A stretch of 64,000 nt of DNA, taken from NCBI GenBank assembly GCA_039931355.1, contig JBDTSD010000007.1:314-64313 (forward strand). The letters run 5' to 3'. Of this stretch, positions 57,421 through 64,000 are shown one piece after another (position 1 is the stretch's first letter; every line of letters begins with the position of its first letter). Source of the DNA: Ginsengibacter sp. Its GTDB lineage: Bacteria > Bacteroidota > Bacteroidia > Chitinophagales > Chitinophagaceae. The notes beneath the pieces are model-generated. The model made no database searches and was not told where the DNA came from. It saw nothing but the letters and a program-made list of their open reading frames with translations. The translations under genes were made by a program, and so were the position numbers.

Positions 57421-57838
57421 TTGATGAAAACGATGCTATACTTACTTTTTTATTTTGACCTTTTAACCAAGTCAAATAAATATAGCATGTTTAAAAGCTT
57501 TAAATAAAAAGAGGTTCGTCTATAAGCGTTTGTCATTTTTGGAAATATCAGGTGGATTTTATGCGGACTATAAAATTTTTATATTTAGAAACGACGCTCT
57601 TATAGGCAAACTTTCTTTTCTGCAACCGGATGATATTACAAATATTACTTTTGGTTTTGTGCTCAGGAATTTTAAGAAACGATTGGGCAAAGCAAGTCTT
57701 TTGCCCGGGTATTTTATTGACAACGGTTTTTGCAACAACCTGATAAAACTTTCGAAAATAAAACCGGGGACAACCGTACCGGAAGATATACCGATTCTAA
57801 CTGCTGCGCATTAAGTAAATTGAGCAAAATATTTTACC

Positions 57839-58789
57839 ATGAAAATATTATGTATTGGCGAGGCATTGATTGATATGATTTGCACAGATACGGGATCACC
57901 GCTTTCCAAAGGGGAACATTTTTTAAAAAAACCAGGTGGCGCTCCCACCAATGTTGCTGCGGCGATTGCAGCTCTTGGAGGTGATGTGCTGCTATCTGCA
58001 AAAGTAGGCGCAGACCCGTTTGGGCAACAGCTTATTGATACCATGAAAGACTTCGGCGTATCAACCATTTGGATGGTGCAGGATAAAAATTATTTTACGA
58101 CGTTTGCTTTTGTTTCTCTCATGCCTGATGGTGAAAGAGATTTTGTTTTTAATCGTGGAGCGGATGGTCAGCTTACTGAAGACGATTTGGAAGGGATTGA
58201 TCTCGACTCTTTTTCAATTATTCATTTTGGATCAGCCACGGCCTTTCTTCCGGGCCCTTTGCAACAGGCATATAAAGCTTTGTTGCAAAAAGCTTTGGAT
58301 AAAAATATTTTTATCAGCTTCGATCCTAATTACCGGCAGTTACTTTGGAAAACAGAAACAGCAGCATTCATTGAGCAGAGCTGGTATTTCATGGAACGAT
58401 GCCATTTTTTTAAGGTAAGCGATGAAGAAGCGATGCTACTCACCGGGAGTTCATCGGTGAATGTTGCGGCAACAATTTTATCAGAAAAAACCAATGCAAC
58501 ATTTGCAATCACACTCGGTAAAGAAGGCACGTTATTAATGCATGAAAAAAATAAAACGATAGTTGGCACTATACCTGTAAAGTCTATAGACAGCACGGGT
58601 GCAGGCGATGCATTTGTCGGAGCAATCTTGTACCAGCTCCGCAATTATTCTTTACCGATGATAAAAGCAATGCATGCAGAAGATTGGGAAGTTATAATAG
58701 CAAATGGTAATAAAGCCGGGGCAAGAACGTGTGAATATATGGGCGCTATGGAAGCCTTTAAACATTTAAGCAGCCAGATTTTCGATTAA
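57839..58789 (+). CDS. PfkB family carbohydrate kinase (fructokinase-like)
   Basis: GGAPTNVA, SFDPNYR, DSTGAGDAFVG. Confidence 0.92.
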   Translation: MKILCIGEALIDMICTDTGSPLSKGEHFLKKPGGAPTNVAAAIAALGGDVLLSAKVGADPFGQQLIDTMKDFGVSTIWMVQDKNYFTTFAFVSLMPDGERDFVFNRGADGQLTEDDLEGIDLDSFSIIHFGSATAFLPGPLQQAYKALLQKALDKNIFISFDPNYRQLLWKTETAAFIEQSWYFMERCHFFKVSDEEAMLLTGSSSVNVAATILSEKTNATFAITLGKEGTLLMHEKNKTIVGTIPVKSIDSTGAGDAFVGAILYQLRNYSLPMIKAMHAEDWEVIIANGNKAGARTCEYMGAMEAFKHLSSQIFD

Positions 58790-58801
58790 TAACGCTAACG
58801 T

Positions 58802-60748
58802 ATGTACGATTTTAAACTTCATTCCCAGGTTGGCAATATCCTGGGAAACTCATCTTTAAAAGATGACAATTACAATTCATTTTACACAAGGTTTATTGCA
58901 AATGCTTCCTGCATTGATAATCTGTTTAAAGAAATATATGGGGAGAATAAAAATTACAATGATCTTTTTAAAAAACTTCTGCAAACTATACATTGGGCAT
59001 TCGAAAATCGTCCGCAACAGTTAAAAGAGCGGGATATTGAAAAGCTCAAAAAAGAACATTGGTTCATAAGTAATGAACTCTGCGGAATGAGTTTATATGT
59101 GGATAGGTTTGCCGGCACCATTTCAAATCTTAAAGAAAAACTTTCTTACCTGGAAGATTTAGGTATAAATGTTTTGCACCTGATGCCTCTATTCAAAAGC
59201 CCGCCCGAAGCCAGTGATGGGGGTTATGCAGTTTCGGATTTCCGTAAAATTGATAAACAATTTGGAACACTTGAAGACCTGCAGCAACTCCAGGAAAAAA
59301 TGCTGCAAGAGAGTATGTATCTCATGACGGATATAGTGCTCAACCATACATCTGACCAGCATGAGTGGGCGACGAAGGCGAAAGCAGGAGATAAAAAATA
59401 CCAGGATTTTTTTAACATGTATGACGATCGCACGATGCCGGATGAATTCGAAAAAACTATGAAGGAAATTTTCCCGGAGGTTGCTCCCGGCAATTTTACC
59501 TGGGTGGAAGAATGCAAAAAATGGGCGATGACTGTTTTTCATAATTATCAATGGGATCTTAATTATCACAACCCGGAAGTGTTTATTGAAATGCTGGATA
59601 CAGTATTTTTTTATGCAAATATTGGAGTTGATATTTTACGGATTGATGCACCTGCATTTATTTGGAAGGAGTTGGGAACTACCTGTACGAATCTTCCTCA
59701 GGCACATACACTTTTGCAATTGATAAAATTATGTGTTGAAGTTGCTACACCGGGTATGGCCTTGTTGGGAGAAGCCATACAGCGTCCGCGACAAATAATG
59801 GGATATTTTGGAAATGGAAATTTTGTTGCAAGGGAATGTGATTTTCTTTACAAAGCTCCGCAGATGGCTTTGCAATGGGATGCGCTGGCAACGGGTGATA
59901 CACGTGTAATGCTGGCTGCACAGGAGGTTCTTTTGCAAAAGCCTTTTGGCACTTCCTGGATCACTTATACGAGGTGCCATGATGATATTGGCTTAGGTTA
60001 TGACGATGATATGATTGAAGCCGCAGGGTATAACGCTTATGCACACAGGCAGTTTATGAAGGATTATTATTCCGGAAAATATGAAGGCTCTCCTTCGAGA
60101 GGCGGCTTGTTTTCTTTTAATGCTAAAACAGGAGACGCACGCATCAGCGGATCATTGGCTTCACTCGCCGGTTTGGAAAAAGCGATGGAAGAAAATGACA
60201 GTAATCAAATTGAATTATCAATGCGTAAAATTTTAATGATGCAGGCTTTCAGCTTTTTTATTGGTGGATTGCCTATGTTATTTTATGGAGATGAAATTGG
60301 CTATATAAATAATGAAGCCTATTTGAGTGAACCCGAAAAAAGCTACGATAACAGGTGGATGCACCGCCCGATAATTGATTGGAAAAAGAATCAATTAAAA
60401 GATGAAATAGGGACGACTGAAAATCAAATATTCACGGGTACAAAAAAACTTTTAAGCATTCGTAAAAAAATGACGGCCATAGAAGACAGAAGTAACCTTA
60501 CATGGATTACTTCACACAATATTCACGTAGCGTCATTTATAAGGCATACTGATGAACAGCAAATATTTTGCTTGTTCAATTTCAGTAACAAAGAAGCCTT
60601 TGTAACCTGGTATGCCTTTAAAGAAAATGGATATGCTCCGCAAAAATTATACGATCACTGGACGGGAAAATATTATAATGTGGGAAATGATGATGAGTAT
60701 TTGATTATTGAGTCTTATGGGTTTCATGTGATGGAGAAGATAAAATAA
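58802..60748 (+). CDS. GH13 alpha-amylase family protein, amylosucrase-like
   Basis: DGGYAVSDF, DIVLNHTS, QWDLNY, LRIDAPAF, GEAI, RCHDDIG. Confidence 0.88.
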   Translation: MYDFKLHSQVGNILGNSSLKDDNYNSFYTRFIANASCIDNLFKEIYGENKNYNDLFKKLLQTIHWAFENRPQQLKERDIEKLKKEHWFISNELCGMSLYVDRFAGTISNLKEKLSYLEDLGINVLHLMPLFKSPPEASDGGYAVSDFRKIDKQFGTLEDLQQLQEKMLQESMYLMTDIVLNHTSDQHEWATKAKAGDKKYQDFFNMYDDRTMPDEFEKTMKEIFPEVAPGNFTWVEECKKWAMTVFHNYQWDLNYHNPEVFIEMLDTVFFYANIGVDILRIDAPAFIWKELGTTCTNLPQAHTLLQLIKLCVEVATPGMALLGEAIQRPRQIMGYFGNGNFVARECDFLYKAPQMALQWDALATGDTRVMLAAQEVLLQKPFGTSWITYTRCHDDIGLGYDDDMIEAAGYNAYAHRQFMKDYYSGKYEGSPSRGGLFSFNAKTGDARISGSLASLAGLEKAMEENDSNQIELSMRKILMMQAFSFFIGGLPMLFYGDEIGYINNEAYLSEPEKSYDNRWMHRPIIDWKKNQLKDEIGTTENQIFTGTKKLLSIRKKMTAIEDRSNLTWITSHNIHVASFIRHTDEQQIFCLFNFSNKEAFVTWYAFKENGYAPQKLYDHWTGKYYNVGNDDEYLIIESYGFHVMEKIK

Positions 60749-60802
60749 TTTTTGAAAATTTAGAACTTCCAAAAAATTGGAGCAACACAAAATTCAATAG
60801 TT

Positions 60803-60967
60803 ATGAGAGTAAAAGAAATAATCAAATTAATCGAAGAAAACGGGTGGTTTCAGGTGAGGCAGAAAGGAAGTCACAGACAATTTAATCACCACACAAAGCG
60901 GGGAACAGTCACAGTGGCGGGGAAACCTAACGACGACTTAGCCGAGGAACTGAAAAAAGTATTTTAA
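60803..60967 (+). pseudogene. hicA: HicA mRNA interferase, apparently frameshifted near the C-terminus (absent from the ORF track)
   Basis: MRVKEIIKLIEENGWFQVRQKGSHRQFNHHTKRGTVTVAGKPNDDLA; the expected GTEKSILKQ tail lies in another frame. Confidence 0.8.
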
Positions 60968-61021
60968 AGCAGTCAGAATTGAATAAACATCTTTTTAATA
61001 ATAAAAAATTAATTCTACAGA

Positions 61022-61294
61022 ATGGAAAAGTACCTGGTGATAATTGAGAAGGCAGAAAATAATTATTCCGCATTTAGTTCTGATGTGACCGGATGTGTTG
61101 CAACCGGGACAAGCGTAGAAGACACGACTGCGGCTATGAAAGAAGCTATGGAATTTCATTTAGAAGATATGAGCGAAATGCCGCATGCCAAAGGCATAAG
61201 CCAGCATATTAATGACGGAATATTTAGGAATGGCGAAGTTGCTGAAGTATTTTTTATTACGGAAGTAGAAGTTCAAATTCCTCATAATGCCTGA
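61022..61294 (+). CDS. hicB: HicB family antitoxin
   Basis: YLVIIEK..YSAF..DVTGCVATG..EAMEFHLE. Confidence 0.88.
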   Translation: MEKYLVIIEKAENNYSAFSSDVTGCVATGTSVEDTTAAMKEAMEFHLEDMSEMPHAKGISQHINDGIFRNGEVAEVFFITEVEVQIPHNA

Positions 61295-61345
61295 GAATAA
61301 AAGTGAGCAATAGTAGTTATAAAAGGTCTTCTTTCTTACTTTTTA

Positions 61346-61380
61346 AAGTTCCTCTAACTTTTGAAGTTCCTCTAACTTTT
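61346..61380. repeat. Tandem 17-bp repeat overlapping the trehalase stop
   Basis: aagttcctctaactttt twice (61346-61362, 61364-61380); inverse-related to gaacttccaaaaaattggag near 60763. Confidence 0.6.
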
Positions 61381-62883
61381 TAATAGTTGAGAACTTTCTA
61401 AAAATTGCTTCAGCGCCAAATAAACCCCATTAGTCCAGCCAAAGCCGTCTTGGGCTTCGTACTCTCCCCCACCTGCGGTAAGGTCCGTTGCCACTACATT
61501 ATATTTCTCCATCATCTTGCCGGTGTTTTTATAAACGCTTTCATTGATTTGCATCCATCTTTCAGCAATGTCCTTTGCTAATTCTTCATGACCGTAATTT
61601 CTTAATCCTGCTACGGCAATCCATTGAAGCGGTGCCCAGCCATTCGGAGCATCCCATTGCTGATCGGTGGTTTCGGTGGTAGTAATAAGGCCGCCGGATT
61701 TTAAAAAGTCGCTTTTAATTATTTCTGCGACTGCATCTGCCTGCTTTTGTGAAGCAATATTAAAATACAAAGGGAATGCAGCCGCAAGCGTGAAGGAATT
61801 CGTTTGAGATGAGATAGTATAATCATAATCAAAATAAAAACCTTTCTCCTCATTCCAGCAATATTTGTCAATGGCATCTTTTCGTTTAACCGCCAGCGTT
61901 ATGAACTTTTCAGCGGAAGTTTTATTACCAGAAAATTCATAAGCAGCAGCGATTGTTTGCTCCAGGTTTAACACAAGACAATTAAGATCAACAGGAATAA
62001 TATCTTCCGTATGAATACTTTTAAATCCTTTATTGTCTTTAAACCAGCGTGATGAAAAATCCCATCCCGACTCACAAGCCGCACGCAGATGGCGGTATAA
62101 ATCTTTTTTATTTTCAACACCTTGCGAAAGCTTTATTTCCTTTTGATATGCTTCCGGCCTTGGCGTATCATATTCATCCCAATAATGATTGAGAATACTG
62201 CCATCGGGCAAACGCGTTACATGATTTACATTCAGATTTTCAGGACTTAGCTGCTCATTTCCTTTCATCCAAAAATTATATTCCTTCTCAAGTTGTGACA
62301 GATAATCAAATAATATCTTTCTTCCTTTTTCTTCACTCAATAAATTTACCATGCAAGAGAAAAAAGGTGGTTGTGACCTTCCAACAAAGTATGTACGATT
62401 ACCATTGGGTATATAACCAATCTCATCTACAAGGAAAGCGAAATTATCAACCACATTTTGTATCATGTCAATACGCCCGGAGACCTGCAAACCAAGCATG
62501 GTAAAGAAGCTATCCCAATAATAGATTTCCCTGAAACGCCCGCCAGGTACGATATAGGAATGCGGCAAATCAATTAGTGAATTATTTGTCTTTTCAGCTT
62601 TTCTTGTTAACACATCCCAAAGATTTTCGATATGGCTTTTCACTGGCAGGGAAGTATCACTTTTATACCCGGAGGCAATTTTCTCAGGTTCCTGGAAATA
62701 TTCATGAACGAAATCTGACAAATTAAAATCCGTGTTATCTTTTTCGGATTCATAACGTTCACGAATAGCCGCTAATTCTTCCTTAGGCGTGCAATCAACA
62801 AAAGTTTTATTATCAGGGAAAACTTTTTGTAACTGTACCTGTTCAAATAATTCACCTAAATCAAAAATACTGTTTGCTTCCAT
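61372..62883 (-). CDS. treF: Alpha,alpha-trehalase (GH37)
   Basis: PGGRFREIYYWDS, RSQPP, ESGWDFSSRW, QQWDAPNGWAPLQW, QDGFGWTNG. Confidence 0.95.
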   Translation of the reverse strand: MEANSIFDLGELFEQVQLQKVFPDNKTFVDCTPKEELAAIRERYESEKDNTDFNLSDFVHEYFQEPEKIASGYKSDTSLPVKSHIENLWDVLTRKAEKTNNSLIDLPHSYIVPGGRFREIYYWDSFFTMLGLQVSGRIDMIQNVVDNFAFLVDEIGYIPNGNRTYFVGRSQPPFFSCMVNLLSEEKGRKILFDYLSQLEKEYNFWMKGNEQLSPENLNVNHVTRLPDGSILNHYWDEYDTPRPEAYQKEIKLSQGVENKKDLYRHLRAACESGWDFSSRWFKDNKGFKSIHTEDIIPVDLNCLVLNLEQTIAAAYEFSGNKTSAEKFITLAVKRKDAIDKYCWNEEKGFYFDYDYTISSQTNSFTLAAAFPLYFNIASQKQADAVAEIIKSDFLKSGGLITTTETTDQQWDAPNGWAPLQWIAVAGLRNYGHEELAKDIAERWMQINESVYKNTGKMMEKYNVVATDLTAGGGEYEAQDGFGWTNGVYLALKQFLESSQLLKS

Positions 62884-63001
62884 TATTATTTTTATTAAGA
62901 TCGTTAATCAATTGCGATTGATTCGCTTACCCTTAAGGCTTGCCGAAGTGCGGGCAATAGAATTACGCCCGGCTAACTGAAACTAAACTTATGTCAAGTT
63001 A

Positions 63002-63499
63002 CTATTGTTTGAATTTATTAAGAGTATCGTCAATTAAGTGTTCAATTTTTAAAAAATTGTTTGATAGGTTTACTATCTCGCTTTGAAAATTTTCAAGGTC
63101 AATTTTATGCCAGCCTTCCATCAAAGTCAACGGCCCAAAATTCACGCTTATGTTTTGCCATTCATGTGCATAGTCTTTAAAACTTTCTCTAAAAGTGTCT
63201 GCAAATTTCCTGCTTTGTATTGAATAGCCCTTTAAGTTCCGCAATTTTAAAGCATGAATATTGTAAAATATTTTTTGATCGTTTATTGCTTCATCGTTTA
63301 GCCAAATAGAAAAGAAAATTCTCGTATCAGCCGTTAACGGGTCTTGAAGAGGGTTAGTCCACGATTTTTTATAAAGTTTTAGAAAAACAGAATTTAAAAC
63401 TTCGCCAACAGCAACTTCAACTTGTCTTTTTTGAAGTACTTTTTTGTCAAGTTTGTCTGCAGCTTTTTGAAATGTGTCTAAGTAGCTTTTATACTTCAT
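63002..63499 (-). CDS. Hypothetical protein
   Basis: 165-aa ORF with natural composition. Confidence 0.7.
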   Translation of the reverse strand: MKYKSYLDTFQKAADKLDKKVLQKRQVEVAVGEVLNSVFLKLYKKSWTNPLQDPLTADTRIFFSIWLNDEAINDQKIFYNIHALKLRNLKGYSIQSRKFADTFRESFKDYAHEWQNISVNFGPLTLMEGWHKIDLENFQSEIVNLSNNFLKIEHLIDDTLNKFKQ

Positions 63500-63506
63500 T
63501 TATTTT

Positions 63507-64000
63507 TTAAATTTTCGAGGTAGTAAGGTCTTTCGCAATAACCGCTAACTCTTTCATTGAGTCCTTTTTTTGTAAGCGATTAAAAAATATCAGGCTAACA
63601 ATAAGAATACCTATCGGCACAAGCGAAAAATAAAATGCCGTTTGACCGCCATAAGCCTCGAAGATATGGCCTGTAATTATTGAACCTGTTGTGCCGCCAA
63701 GCGCTGAAAATATTACAATCAGTCCGCTCATAGGTGCATGTTGCCTTTTAGGCAAAGCACTTAAAATTACTGAATTGATAGCCGGATAGACAGGAGCAAG
63801 TAATAAACCAATTACCGGAAATATAAAGGCAACAAAAGGTGCATTAGCCCAACTGTTTATGGCGGTTAGCTGCAATGAAGATGCTAAAGGAATTACGAGT
63901 AAAACAAGTATAGCGGCACCTACCAGGCAAATTATCAGTACCAACAACCAATGTATTTTTCGCAATACGATACCAGCGATAAAGCGGCCCAAAGCAGTAG
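63507..64000 (-). CDS. MFS transporter, C-terminal part (runs off the window)
   Basis: Multiple TM helices, PVYPAINSVIL, FSALGGTTG. Confidence 0.85.
   Translation of the reverse strand, partial: TALGRFIAGIVLRKIHWLLVLIICLVGAAILVLLVIPLASSLQLTAINSWANAPFVAFIFPVIGLLLAPVYPAINSVILSALPKRQHAPMSGLIVIFSALGGTTGSIITGHIFEAYGGQTAFYFSLVPIGILIVSLIFFNRLQKKDSMKELAVIAKDLTTSKI

Noticed and set aside
57530-57814. 94-aa ORF before the PfkB gene
   Set aside because: TTG start, no motifs, likely promoter region
102-63980. Many short ORFs overlapping or antisense to recognised genes (e.g. 7381-7905, 20882-21355, 32502-33053, 45655-46404, 47601-48188)
   Set aside because: Shadow frames of well-supported genes with no recognisable motifs

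Overview
Bacteroidota DNA, probably Chitinophagaceae-like (TAnnTTTG promoter boxes, a T9SS cargo protein, rplQ-carA synteny). Blocks: (1) 1-8947, nuoD,H-N of a complex I with no nuoEFG between nuoD and nuoH, then ppdK, a sqr-tusE-dsrE sulfur module between ~39-bp direct repeats, a split DUF1569 pseudogene and a GltD-like/nifJ/DHOD-like operon; (2) ~22.7-32.2 kb, an accessory defence-type island: AbiEi/AbiEii TA, a small helical ORF, a sigma-70-like gene, two tandem MORC/GHKL ATPases, a DruA (DUF4338)-like protein and a ThsB-like TIR protein, with no DruE, ThsA, methylase or nuclease in the window. This is the best candidate for an undescribed system; (3) ArsB-type permease, aroQ, carA and the infA-rpmJ-rpsM-rpsK-rpsD-rpoA-rplQ operon; (4) signalling, secreted and sugar genes, an IS5 remnant and a frameshifted hicAB. 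Several families of short palindromic elements are scattered through the window. They sit at gene junctions with a consistent polarity and are translated in frame inside at least five proteins (NuoI, NuoJ, AbiEii, CheR, a histidine kinase). No tRNA, rRNA or CRISPR array was recognised. Family assignments come from motif recognition by eye; no database searches were run.
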